This document shows positions 28,394-39,057 of a stretch of DNA of 64,000 bases, piece after piece; position 1 is the stretch's first letter; every line of letters begins with the position of its first letter. The notes beneath the pieces are model-generated. The model did no database searches and was not told the DNA's origin. It saw nothing but the letters and a program-made list of their open reading frames with translations. A program made the position numbers and the translations under genes. The stretch is taken from the IMG/VR virus record IMGVR_UViG_3300027573_000779, positions 124,001 to 188,000 of that record; one strand, written 5' to 3'.

Positions 28394-30318
28394 CATGACT
28401 AAAACTTACCGGCTAAAGTTGGACGACAAATATTTTGACTATTGTTATAGGGGTCAGATGTTTTGTTGCTGTGATTTTATAGAACGAATTTTTGGGTCTT
28501 TGCCCCCTAAGATAACACTCGCCGCTTCAACAACAAAAAAACAGGGCACTAGAATTTATGTCAAAAAACAGATATGCGAAGAGGAGACGTTTTGGTGGTG
28601 GCGGCACGACTGGGAAAGTAAAACAACAATATATACTCTGTCTGGTTGTGTTGAGGAAAAGTTAACCAAGCTGTTTCCGAATGTTAAAGTAGGGGAGCAG
28701 ATTGCTGTTTGGGTGAACGTTACAAAATAATTTATAATGAAAAGCCAACTCGTTTTTAACATCTTAAAAAGGCCATTTCCTAAATTAATGCAAATGAAAA
28801 GAAAGAATTATATTGTTCTTTTTGAAAAAGATAGTTGCGGCACTGTAATACATGCCCCTTTAACCCCTCCAGACTGCCAATCTTATAGTTTAGGATATTA
28901 TGCCGATAATTGGGCTATGGAAGGCTTTGAAGAAATGCCGGAAGGAACTCAGGTTGTAATTTCAATATAAGGAGATGAAAATTTTTGAACTTGCTCTTTC
29001 GGAGTCTAATTATTGGGTATACGCAGAAAGAAATGGAGAAAAAAAGTTACTGCGAGCATTATGCGCAAATTTTGTCTGGCAATTAATTGAAGGAAAACCT
29101 GAAAAGATAAGGGTCACTGTCGATACCCAACCGATTGAAGGGGCAAAAAAGCTTAAAGTTTGGCCAAACTTTTATGGTTGGTGTTGGTCAAATCCCGAGA
29201 TGAATTTTACGATGCAAACTGATACTGCGCCAGTATATACATATGCCTCAGAGGTACTGAATAATATCTTTGGACAACATGTTGGAAAACATAGTGACAA
29301 CAGCTTTGATATTTGGCTCTTGATTGAACCATCATAAATAATGACCCTAGAACAAAAAACTAGAAGTTTATTAAGGCGAGTGCTGCGGCTTGACTGTTTA
29401 TCTTCTGAGATTGATTATGAAGTGCAACTTTACAAGCTCCAAAAAGAAGTTAGAAAACATTTAAAAGAATTGCCAAAGTTACGAAAATGTTTAGGTTGTG
29501 GTTTTGTGCATAACGGCGACTGCGCGACTATATGAAAAACATAAAACTTATAAACATTGTTCAGGCTCTAGATAATGAAGTCGGTATTACTGATAAAGAC
29601 ATGGTTGAAACTATTAAGTTTTTAACTAACGTCCTTGATTCCAAAGATAGTGTTAAAAAGGTCTGGAAGCATGTTAAAGATGCATATGAATATGAGTTTT
29701 GTAAACCATCATGAAACAAACCGCTTTAGATATCTTACTTACAGACCCTGAATTTTTGGCCGCTTTCGGCGCTTTTATTACTGGTATGATAATATATGTT
29801 GCTGTTATGTGGTATAGAGATTGGAGAAGAGAAAGATAAAACTTGTGAAAATTCAAATCGAAAAATCAGAAGGCCATTATAGGGCAGATTGTCTGGATTT
29901 GCCCGGAACTCCTCCTGTAGGATTAGGGGAAACGCCAGAAATGGCCGTCGCCTGCTTATTTTATAGGATGATGTTTGAAAGTCCCGGTGGCCCAAACAGT
30001 TATCAAAGGTATCGTTGGTTTGATTCAATTGAAAAAGGCGAGCCTATTATTGTTAATGACAAGATGTGGAGCTATCCCCCTTCTTATTTAAAAGATTTGA
30101 GATAAAATTATGAGTAAATTGTATCAAATTTATGAACATGATTTGGCTATTCTTGAAAGCGAGCTACCAAGGTTGTTAGAAAGGCCAAACTGCGATGATG
30201 TAATTGTGCGCAAAAGGTGGGAAGCCATAAAAAAGATTATTTGTGACATAAGATGGGATTATGGTCCACCGTTAGAGAGTTTTATTATAGAGGAATAATA
30301 ATTGGTTTGTCCTCATGT

Positions 30319-30458
30319 TTTGAAAACACCTTTTAAAAAAGAGCGTCTGGCCGAAATTTTAACTTAGTAAATGGTTTGAAAACTCCACTTTTTAAAATGA
30401 TGGGTGGGCTTTTATATACAAGAAAGAAAGACAATATTTGAAAAGTCACCTTTTAAAA
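30319..30458. repeat. Three imperfect palindromes TTTGAAAA-(N)CAC(N)-TTTTAAAA in the convergence zone
   Basis: 30319-30338, 30375-30397 and 30437-30458. Confidence 0.8.
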
Positions 30459-30571
30459 TAGGTAGTGGAACGAATTTAACCCCCCCGCGCCCAATTCCGC
30501 CATAAGCCTCCCTTACTTTTTCATTAACACCCCCCCGGTCGAACTTATACTGCCTTTTCGCGTCAAGGCAC

Positions 30572-30599
30572 AAAAAAAGCGAGCTTATTAGGCTCGCTT
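30572..30599 (-). terminator. Rho-independent terminator ending the - strand early array
   Basis: 8-bp stem AAGCGAGC/GCTCGCTT, 7-nt loop, T-tract on the - strand. Confidence 0.85.
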
Positions 30600-31176
30600 G
30601 TAGTGTTTTTAAGCTAAATTAGTTTACTTTTCTGTGGGTGTTTGCTTCCTCATCCCAAACAAACAGGCTCTTGCCAAGTATCGTAATTGACCCATTGACG
30701 CATTAGGAGCTTGTGTGTGTCTTTGCTAATGGTTCCACCGTCAAGTAGGAATTTAATAAACTCTGCAATGGTCATTAAAGGATAATCTACTGGCATGTTG
30801 ACTGCATTGTTATAAGTGGCAACGTAAACGCCTACAATGGCGCTTGCCCTATCGAGGTCAAGATATTGATTATTCATGGTCTAATCCTTTCAGATTAATG
30901 GGTTTACTTGGCTTCTGGAAAGGTCATCCAGAGCTTATGCAAAGCAGTCATAGTATTAGAGAAACCTTGACACACATCGTCAACCAAATAGAACTGTAGC
31001 TTGCCAAGGTCTGTATCTATTTCCATTCCTTCACTGCTAGGTATTTGAGAACAAACCCTAGCGCCAACCGTATTGAATTTCTCCATGAGGGTTTTGACTT
31101 CTCCCCTAAGAGCTTTGATATCGTCTTTTATAGAATTCATGCCACAATCCTACTCTACACCTGCCTAAATGCAAAC

Positions 31177-31204
31177 AAAAAAGGGAGGATTTTTTCTCCT
31201 CCCT
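31177..31204 (-). terminator. Rho-independent terminator
   Basis: AGGGAGGA/TCCTCCCT stem with T-tract on the - strand, just after 31226..32416. Confidence 0.85.
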
Positions 31205-31225
31205 ATATTGCTCTCCTACAATGAC

Positions 31226-32416
31226 TTAGGAATTAATCACTAGTCTACTTACCTTGGTTTGTTTGTTCCCCTTCCATTCTTCATGAGCCTTAACTGTAAA
31301 AGTAGCATTGACCATGGTACCCATAGGCACATTGACGTTTGTTCCACTCTTCCAGATAAGCCTAGAGCCATCATTAGCGCTAAAGGAGTGTATATAGGTG
31401 TAACCGTAAGCAGAATCAAACCCAGTAGACTTTAGGTAGGTTATTGGCTCATTCTTAACCCGTTTACCGACTAGTCCAAAGTAGTTTTGAGTAGCTGCAA
31501 TCCTAGCTCTTTCAATTGAACGCGCATAGAACTCAGGGACAAAGGCCAGAATACCCGTATTTTTCCATTCTACAGCCTCACACTTGCAAACTACTAACAG
31601 ACTATGCTCAAAATCTGTAATGGCCTCAGAGTCTTTGTTTTCTAGGGTCTCAATAACATACTCCTTTGCCTTACTAGCTAGAATAATATCGCAATCCTCT
31701 GGTCTATGGTAGTCAACGCCCAATCTCCAATCTTTTGCAGGGTGCATCCAGTCAGACGCCCTATCCTTAGTAGCAATACCTAGGGTTTCTTGTGCTTTCT
31801 TGCTCCCTATAAACCCAAAAAACCTTATAACGCACGCTGCATAGGCCAGAAAACTCTCTACGTGACACAGTGAACGCCCGCAACCATACCCACCTAAGCC
31901 TTCTGATATTTCGCAAGCTTCTCTAAGTGAGAAGGCTAATTCTGCCATAGCTGCCAATCTTTCGGGACTATTGTGTCCCAAAAAATCACGTAAGCAATTG
32001 CGCCCTACCATCTTACGTGAACCGTCATCATGCAAAACAATAAAGGTTTCTATCCTATATCTAGCTTGCTTGCAATGGTCACAGTGTTGCGCACCCGTTC
32101 TAAACTCTCCTAATTCCGCCTCAATTCCGGGTGCTTTCCTTAGGATGTTTCCTTCCTCTGTATGCTCTACTACAGCCGCAAGCGTCCAACCATTAAACTT
32201 AGGCGCTTCCCCAGAGACTTCTACAAAATGATATCTATCTACTCTGACAACTAGGCCAGAAATATCGTCCTTAATCTGTATGTCCTCCGTTCTGCCCGTC
32301 TCATTAAAGACAATTAAAGGGCAACCCAGTTTGATAGCTTTCTTGTTAAGCTTGGCAATTTGCTCCCTAAGAGAGTAAAGGTTGCCCGAATAGACTCTAT
32401 AAACGTTAGAATTCAT
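31226..32416 (-). CDS. Conserved phage hypothetical protein (central CDHC zinc motif, possible C-terminal OB fold)
   Basis: 396 aa intact ORF; CDHC...GRNCLRDFLG. The family is familiar from phages but I cannot name it. Confidence 0.7.
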   Translation of the reverse strand: MNSNVYRVYSGNLYSLREQIAKLNKKAIKLGCPLIVFNETGRTEDIQIKDDISGLVVRVDRYHFVEVSGEAPKFNGWTLAAVVEHTEEGNILRKAPGIEAELGEFRTGAQHCDHCKQARYRIETFIVLHDDGSRKMVGRNCLRDFLGHNSPERLAAMAELAFSLREACEISEGLGGYGCGRSLCHVESFLAYAACVIRFFGFIGSKKAQETLGIATKDRASDWMHPAKDWRLGVDYHRPEDCDIILASKAKEYVIETLENKDSEAITDFEHSLLVVCKCEAVEWKNTGILAFVPEFYARSIERARIAATQNYFGLVGKRVKNEPITYLKSTGFDSAYGYTYIHSFSANDGSRLIWKSGTNVNVPMGTMVNATFTVKAHEEWKGNKQTKVSRLVINS

Positions 32417-32470
32417 GTTTAAATCCTACTCTAGTCGCCCATGACACACAATATCTTTTTTATCCTTATG

Positions 32471-32632
32471 TCAAACTACTTCTTCCTGTTGTTCTTCCTG
32501 TTGTTCTTCCATCTCTTTCTCACCTAGGCAATCATGACACAACCCGTCAACGTCATTAATGTCAAGTAAGATGTGTATATGAAACACTTGTCCACATTTG
32601 GGACATGTAAAGATATTAGACAAAGAATACAT
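32471..32632 (-). CDS. 53-aa zinc-finger protein (missing from the ORF track)
   Basis: Manual translation: MYSLSNIFTCPKCGQVFHIHILLDINDVDGLCHDCLGEKEMEEQQEEQQEEVV. Confidence 0.6.
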   Translation of the reverse strand: MYSLSNIFTCPKCGQVFHIHILLDINDVDGLCHDCLGEKEMEEQQEEQQEEVV

Positions 32633-32675
32633 GAGAAGTTAGGGTTTAGTCACCTCACCCCTTTTTGATTTTAGG

Positions 32676-33203
32676 CTATTCGCAGGTTATAGCGTGACTT
32701 CGCTCTGTAGCCCATTCTGGCAAATCTCCCTGTTTTTCTGCCATCCTAAAGTAGGAGTAGGCTTGTGCAAGGGGTTTAATGAAGTAAACGCATTCCATGG
32801 CATTCCAGTCCGCCGTTGCTAGTTCTTGTGCCACGATTGGCAGTCCGCCACCCTTGACCCCTTTAAACTTCATTAGCTCCTGTTTGTGTGTGCCGTCGAC
32901 ACACATGCGTAACTCTTGACGTATCCTTAGACCATAAAGAAACTGTTTAGGTGTAGCAGTAACATAGGCTAACCCATTGTTAAGGAATTCAAGCTCGCCG
33001 TCAAAACAGTGAACCGCGTAAAGAGTATTAAAGGCATTAAGTATGCTTTCCTCTGTACCACTGAATAGCACATAGACGCTAGTACCATTCAATTGCTTTT
33101 GAACCTCACAACCACAGATAGTTAATTTATTCATGCTTAAAGAATAATCCCCACAAGACAAGGATGCAAGTTTTTTTTTAATATTTTTTAATATTTTTTT
33201 CAT
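32676..33203 (-). CDS. Hypothetical protein
   Basis: Intact ORF co-oriented with ArdC; the true start may lie downstream of 33203. Confidence 0.55.
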   Translation of the reverse strand: MKKILKNIKKKLASLSCGDYSLSMNKLTICGCEVQKQLNGTSVYVLFSGTEESILNAFNTLYAVHCFDGELEFLNNGLAYVTATPKQFLYGLRIRQELRMCVDGTHKQELMKFKGVKGGGLPIVAQELATADWNAMECVYFIKPLAQAYSYFRMAEKQGDLPEWATERSHAITCE

Positions 33204-34072
33204 GCTGCAACCGCCTCAACATCAAGCTCTTCTGTAGGCTCTTCTGCCTTTGGATTAAGTTTTTCCATGACCCATTCAAACCTTTTTTGCGCTTGTCCAC
33301 TAGCGCCAACAATCAGTTTGCAGTCATCACGCAATTGACTAATCCAGTTATTAAGATAGGCTCCGCTATTTTTGATTGTCTTACTAATGTCTATTCCGCA
33401 GTAGCTAGCAAAAAAGTTTGCACCTATTTCCGCAGTAAGTTCCTCTTTGCTATAAGATTCGTTCCCAAAATTACAGTCAAGAGTGACGCCTACTTCCTTA
33501 CTAAGCCAGTGAGTTAATTCATGGAACAATGTGCAGTAATACTCTTCTACGCTGCCAAATTTCTCCTTTAAGGGCATGTATACAGTATGCTCTGAGGGTC
33601 TGTAGCAAGCCCTATCGCCACTATGGATGACATTAACGCCCGTAGCCAGTACTAGCTTTTCAGCCTCTTCTATTGGCATAAAGTCAAGTCTGTTTTGCGC
33701 TGGCAGCTTGACCTTTACGTTCTCAGTATCTTCCAAGGCAAACACTGTATAATACCTTAAAAGAGGGATTGTCTTTTCCTCTTTGTTACCCGTAGGGCCG
33801 ACTTTTTGCTCTTTAAGCATTTTCCAGAATACTACAGGAATTCCCTTAGCTCCCTTTTTAATACTTCCGCCCGCTGCCCTTGCTTGATTGAAAGTCAAGA
33901 ACCATTCTCCCTTGTCAGCTATAGCGCACATAAGAACATTAACTCCCCTATACGCCTTTTTGCTAATACAGTTACCATACCTAAAGCTACTCCAAGGTTT
34001 GTGCCATGGAACACTCTTATTCTCTTCCATCGCCTTAACTATTCTGTCAGTGATAATTTCATATGTATTCAT
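33200..34072 (-). CDS. ardC: ArdC-family antirestriction/ssDNA-binding protein with zincin-like domain
   Basis: PWHKPW, YRGVN, FLTFNQ, IKKGAKG, HELTH and YSKEELTAE. Start at ATG 34072, 6 nt after TATATT. Confidence 0.9.
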   Translation of the reverse strand: MNTYEIITDRIVKAMEENKSVPWHKPWSSFRYGNCISKKAYRGVNVLMCAIADKGEWFLTFNQARAAGGSIKKGAKGIPVVFWKMLKEQKVGPTGNKEEKTIPLLRYYTVFALEDTENVKVKLPAQNRLDFMPIEEAEKLVLATGVNVIHSGDRACYRPSEHTVYMPLKEKFGSVEEYYCTLFHELTHWLSKEVGVTLDCNFGNESYSKEELTAEIGANFFASYCGIDISKTIKNSGAYLNNWISQLRDDCKLIVGASGQAQKRFEWVMEKLNPKAEEPTEELDVEAVAA

Positions 34073-34125
34073 AGGCTCAATATACATAATCTTTTTTGCG
34101 CCGCAAGCATTATTTTAAAATAAAT

Positions 34126-34161
34126 AAAAAAAACCCCTAAAGCATTGAGCTTCAGGGGTTT
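34126..34161 (-). terminator. Rho-independent terminator
   Basis: AAACCCCT-A-AAGC / GCTT-C-AGGGGTTT stem with T-tract on the - strand. Confidence 0.75.
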
Positions 34162-34195
34162 ATGGTGGGAGGGGGGAAGGAAACTTAGTAGGTTT

Positions 34196-34360
34196 TTAAA
34201 CTCCTATTGTTTTCTCTTTTGCTTCTTTTACCGCTTTTGCATAATTTCTAAGACAAGCGATTTTGCAAAAAGTTTTTCCTTTTAGATGTTCAAACCATCT
34301 TGTCTTGTTTTGAGCTTTAACTAAAGCGTTTGGATTTCCACACCAATCACATTCATTCAT
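34196..34360 (-). CDS. 54-aa TRASH/MYM-like zinc finger (missing from the ORF track)
   Basis: MNECDWCG...TFCKIACL; ATG 6 nt after TTGACA-16-TATTAT. Confidence 0.65.
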   Translation of the reverse strand: MNECDWCGNPNALVKAQNKTRWFEHLKGKTFCKIACLRNYAKAVKEAKEKTIGV

Positions 34361-34390
34361 CACCCCATAATACAAAACCTTTTTGCGTTG

Positions 34391-34939
34391 TCAACTCTTT
34401 AGCTTTAAATAAATTGTATCTCCTTGCAAAGTAACGCTTTGCATGTATTCTGGTAGGATAATAAACTCCCTAAACCTACCTATAGGTAGTTCACTTCGCA
34501 AAGCTCTTTTAGCAATTGTCAAAGGTCTACTATTTACAATCGGGCGTTCGCCCTCTTCTATGACTGTTTTCCTATGCTGTAAACCTGTTACGTTAATTGT
34601 TCTGTTACTGATACAGAATTTTAGGCCGGGAACGATATCAACGTAAGAATCAGGTTTTCTATAGTCAGGATGAAAACGACCTAAAGAATGACTTTTTAAG
34701 CTTTCCTCAAAACTCTCTTTAAGTTGTTGAGCTGCAAGTATTAAGATAGGATGGTTTAGTGCTGGCCTGATTGCGTCAAGAGCTTCTAAAGACTTCCGAA
34801 GTTGATTGTCGTAAGATGCACCATAAATTACAGTATGGCGAGCTAGTTCGCCAGCTTGTTTGCATCTGTATAGAAATGAGACAAACTGAGCTTTACTGGC
34901 AAGCTCCTTTAGGGTGTCGATGACTAATTTTTCGTTCAT
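34391..34939 (-). CDS. Conserved phage hypothetical protein
   Basis: 182 aa intact ORF. Confidence 0.65.
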   Translation of the reverse strand: MNEKLVIDTLKELASKAQFVSFLYRCKQAGELARHTVIYGASYDNQLRKSLEALDAIRPALNHPILILAAQQLKESFEESLKSHSLGRFHPDYRKPDSYVDIVPGLKFCISNRTINVTGLQHRKTVIEEGERPIVNSRPLTIAKRALRSELPIGRFREFIILPEYMQSVTLQGDTIYLKLKS

Positions 34940-35451
34940 CTCCCAATAATAAAGAGTTTTTTTATCTTGTCAAGCTTTTCTCAAAATGCCTTTGCAATAA
35001 GCCACAACGTTTTGAATCAAAAAAGACTATTAAAGCTATAAAGCTCTCAATTAGCCATCGGGGATAGCGCAATTTTAGCCAAAGAAATTTCCAAATCGGC
35101 GCTAATAAGCTTTTCTTATTTTTAATATACTTCGTTGCTGCCCAACGATTTAAAACCGCAATAGGCTTGTATCCCATGGGGTAAAGCCAGATAAAACGTA
35201 ATACTTCTGTCATTATTCCCCATTGTATCAGAAATTTTTACGTTGGCAAGAGGGGGGACCTCCCCAATGGGCTAAACGTAGATTGGATATGGATAATTTT
35301 CTTTTTGCTCTTGAGTTAGAAAGATTTGCATCCAAAGACTGCCAGCTTCAGAGACTTTTATATCTTGTGGAAGCTGCCCTTTGCCTAGCGCCACGAAAAA
35401 GTCTTGTCTTCTAATGAGATAAAGCTTCATATGCTCAAGCGCCGCAGGGCT

Positions 35452-35646
35452 TTATGAATTATAATCCCTTTCACAAGACCGACTACAAAACACCTTTTCT
35501 TGCATCTCGTTCTTGTTTTTATCGTCCCTGTTAATACCATACCTGAATTTAGCAGGTTGGCCGCACCACGCGCACTCACCCTCTGCTTTTTGGCGCACAA
35601 CGTTAAAACGTCCAAAAGGGTCTCTTGAGATTGATACTGTATTCAT
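35452..35646 (-). CDS. Small zinc-finger protein (TRASH-like)
   Basis: CAWCG...VFCSRSC. True start MNTVSISR, 7 nt after TTGCAA-16-TATTAT. Confidence 0.65.
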   Translation of the reverse strand: MNTVSISRDPFGRFNVVRQKAEGECAWCGQPAKFRYGINRDDKNKNEMQEKVFCSRSCERDYNS

Positions 35647-37487
35647 GTTCTCAATAATAGAGAGTCTTTTTATGTTTGCAAGACTAAATTTGAGAGTGCC
35701 CACATTTTGGACATTTGAGCACGTCAACCATTGTAACCTTAGAAGGAAGGAAACTAAGCGTATCTCCGTCTCTTGCGGGTTTACCATCAAGGCGACCTGT
35801 ACCATTGACAAGAGCTTTTACCCTTTTTAAGGGGAACTTTACATCGCCAGCAAATTTTTGTGCCTTGTTTGGTCTTCATGCTTTATGTTACTTTCCGTCA
35901 AATTATACAATATTTATGTGTCAACCGCAAATATCTTGTGGTCTATGAGTTACCTGTTCGCCATTTTTCGCCACAAGAACCACTGTTACCTGATATTCTT
36001 TGCGAGCTTTAAGCTGTTGCGCCGCTTTCTTTTGCGCCGAATAGGAGGTTTCAGCTTCGACTTCAATTTCCTTGCCACGATAAAAAGCTTTATATATATT
36101 CATAAAAGAGATTATACATAGTCTTTTTTATGCTACAAGCCAAACTTTATACTGCTAGGGCTGTATTCGTCTCAATAGGTGGCATACACTGATTAATCAC
36201 TTCTAGCAATTCTGACAATTTATTGTCATCTATGCCAAGAAATTCCCCTATAATACTTCTCATATCCTTATCTGTTAAAGCCACTTGTGCAATTTTAAGG
36301 GTTTCGAGTGCCTCTTCTCTTGTAAATTCTTTTGTGTTCATTGATTATAAAAATAGCGTATAAGGAGAAGAGCCGCAAGTAAAATTAATATGCTCATTTA
36401 TTTATTCCTGTTCCTCTTCTGTGTCTTTTTCTTCCAGTTCATCTTCCAGACGTTCAACAACCTCTGCGAGTGTATCACAACTAGACACAACCCACTCTTG
36501 ACTTGTCGAAATTGCTGGTTCGCAATGCCCTAAAGTCCTATACTTGAATTGCTGGTACTCCTGTTGAGACATTGACCGCCGACAAATTTCCTTAAACTCG
36601 TTTAATCCTTCCTCTAGTTCAGTGGCGAGTTCTGCGAGACGTTCCCAATTAGCTTTTGTAATTTTATTCATTGAGTTTCACTGATTTAATTTTAAATTTT
36701 TCGTCTGTTCCCTCGTACTTTTTGACTAGTTCTGCTAGTTTGGTTTGCGCTGGCGCTAGGTCAAGCCATACACCAAACTCCATACAATGGAGCCAGTCAC
36801 CATCGCCCACGTTATCCACGTTATCATTATAACTAGGACACCACTGCACTATGTAATAAACGCTCTTCATGGTTAAAAGATACAATATCTTTTTTAACTG
36901 TCAATAGCGGTTATTGTCAATCTTTCTAATCGCATTAATCGCTGGTATAATACTTTCTGCACCAAGTTCATATGTAATTGATTCTTCAACAACACACAAA
37001 AGAGTCTTGGCTAGTCTAACAGGATGTTCCCCGTTAGAGGAAAACTTTAGTCTTTCGTCATATGTCAACTTTTTATAAAGCTGTAAAGCTCTCTCTTTTA
37101 AAATTTCGCCTGCTTTAACAGACATTTCTTTAATAGCAGATTCAAATTCAGCACTACTACGGGCAACTTCTTTAGTATTCATAAAGTATAAAAGATACAA
37201 TATCTTTTTTAAAAGTCAACACTCAAGCGCCGTTTACAGTTAATCTGCTAATTTGACTTCGCGCCATACCGTCAAGGCATTCAAAAGCTTTTCCTTGTCT
37301 TTCTATTCTAGTTTTTGCGCCATTGATGATATTAGCTACCTTTTGCGCATTTTCGCGCCCGCCGCAATCCTGAATCAGGTTAAAGTTCCCGTTAGAGAAC
37401 ACCCACTTGCGAAAGCTCCGATTGAAGTTAAATAGTGTTTTATTCATATTCTGAGAATATAGAATCTTTTTAAAACGTCAATACCTT

Positions 37488-37781
37488 TTAATTTTTTAGA
37501 GTATAACCCGCACCTTTTAAAGCTGTTTCGTGGTCATAACCTCCCCTATAAGACCCTTCAAGCTCGCTCCAATTCAAAATTTTTCCTTCAGAATCAGCAG
37601 CAAAGATGTAAGTTTCAGGACCAGTAAACATTGCATCAGCCGCAGAAACTACTACATATTCATGCTCTTTAACTTCCATCCCCCCAATGTCTTCAGCATA
37701 ATCTTTTACTTTAATTGGCGGGTCAAGTTTATACAAAACTTTACCCTTAGAGAGAGGTTTAATTAGGGTTGCGTAATTCAT
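37488..37781 (-). CDS. Conserved phage hypothetical protein
   Basis: YVVVSA...GPETYIFAAD...WSELEGS...DHETALKGAGY pattern recalled from other phages. Confidence 0.65.
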   Translation of the reverse strand: MNYATLIKPLSKGKVLYKLDPPIKVKDYAEDIGGMEVKEHEYVVVSAADAMFTGPETYIFAADSEGKILNWSELEGSYRGGYDHETALKGAGYTLKN

Positions 37782-37870
37782 ATGCTCAGTCGCCGCAAGG
37801 GCTTTTTGATTGTTTTTTAAATTGTTTAACTTTTAAGATTATACAATATCTTTTTAAACCTGCAAGACTT

Positions 37871-38188
37871 TTAAGCACCCGCTAAACTAGCTTTTTCCAG
37901 CCAATTAACTTCTGGTTTGTCCTGAAAATGATAGTCCCGTTCTATATAAAGACCAAACTTTAACTTGATAGACTGTAATTCTTTAAGGCTTATAGTGCCG
38001 AATTCGACACAACCCATTCCTAAGTCCGCATAACCCCAAGCAACATCGTCATCAGGTTCTAGGTAACAAATAAGCCAAGTCGCCGCTCCCATTGGGTTAA
38101 AAAACTTAACAATCGGGCGCATATTATCAGGACTAGCTTCCCTAAGTTTTCTGTGAAGTTCTTTAGTTAAGAATTTTTGTCGTGCCAT
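37871..38188 (-). CDS. DUF2958 family protein
   Basis: PIVKFFNPMGAATWLI, GYADLGMGCVEFGTISLKEL and IERDYHF. Confidence 0.85.
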   Translation of the reverse strand: MARQKFLTKELHRKLREASPDNMRPIVKFFNPMGAATWLICYLEPDDDVAWGYADLGMGCVEFGTISLKELQSIKLKFGLYIERDYHFQDKPEVNWLEKASLAGA

Positions 38189-38657
38189 AGTTTAATTATA
38201 CAATATCTTTTTTGCGCTGCAAGTTAAATCTCAGTATAAGCTACTGAAATTGCAGTATTAAGATTTTTGATTGCATCTTCTCTACTAGTGGTGGGATTTA
38301 CCCTCATATAAAACTGAATTCTGTCTTCTGTAGGAGGATATTTCTTTTGTGCTTTCTTTTCCGCCGCGTTATGGCTTCCAGCCTGAATTATGCCTATTTC
38401 TTCTCCCTTACAATAAACAATATAATTTTTCATAGTTAAATTATACGATATCTTTTTTATCTTACAACCGTAAATTCATCCCACCAAAAGAACTTTTTAT
38501 AGGGAAATCCATCAATATCAAAAGTCGCGCCGTTAAAGTGTGGTCCTGATAGTTCAGAAGGAGTATGAACAGTTAGAATTTCTCCCTTTTTAAAGGTTCT
38601 GCCAGTCGCGCAAACATCCTTTAACATCTCGATTTTATAAGTTTTTAAGTTCATCTC

Positions 38658-38826
38658 TCAAGCACCAAGGGGTTGAACTAACTCCTCATCGTCAAAAAAC
38701 CAGCAAACATAAAGAGAATTTCTGGCATTAGTGCAAAAATCGCGCATTTGGACAAACTCAGTTCTTAATAAACTCTGAGTTCTGCCACTGAAACCGCTCG
38801 CCAATTGCTAAATCCTTAAACCTCAT
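38658..38826 (-). pseudogene. Frameshifted small gene
   Basis: MRFKDLAIGERFQWQNSEFIK continues after a +1 shift as TEFVQMRDF...EELVQPLGA*. Total length is 3n+1; its promoter is intact. Confidence 0.55.
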
Positions 38827-38863
38827 AAGAAAGATTATATATAGTCTTTTTAAAAAGACAAAG

Positions 38864-38889
38864 AAAAAAGCCCCCAAAAGGGGGGCTTT
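38864..38889 (-). terminator. Rho-independent terminator
   Basis: AAAGCCCCC/GGGGGCTTT stem with T-tract on the - strand. Confidence 0.85.
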
Positions 38890-38996
38890 AGCCAATTTAT
38901 TTGATAGACCTATATAACCCTTCAAAAGGGCCGGTTGGCGGCACTATCTTTTTAACGACTTTTAGCTACGCCGTATGAATTAGCCAACCCTATCAC
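38864..38996 (-). ncRNA. Candidate structured small RNA with its own promoter and terminator
   Basis: Promoter TTGCTT-16-TAAGCT at 39003-39030; stems UGAUAG/CUAUCA, GGUUGGC/GCCAACC and GGCCCUU/AAGGGUU; terminator at 38864-38889. Confidence 0.55.
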
Positions 38997-39057
38997 TTGA
39001 AAAGCTTAACAGATTTTTTCCAAAAAGCAACAATAAAGCCCTTCGGCGTCTGAGAAT

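Larger units (their letters stand above)
27798..30298 (+). other. Cluster of about 9 short hypothetical genes
   Basis: Co-oriented, tightly packed ORFs (27798, 28040, 28395/28344, 28737, 28975, 29341, 29532, 29821, 30110). Confidence 0.6.

Noticed and set aside
30545-30566. Promoter TTGACG...TATAAG on the - strand
   Set aside because: The spacer is only 11 bp.
38864-38996. Hammerhead or known riboswitch identity for the candidate sRNA
   Set aside because: No CUGANGA/GAAA core or other aptamer signature that I recognise.
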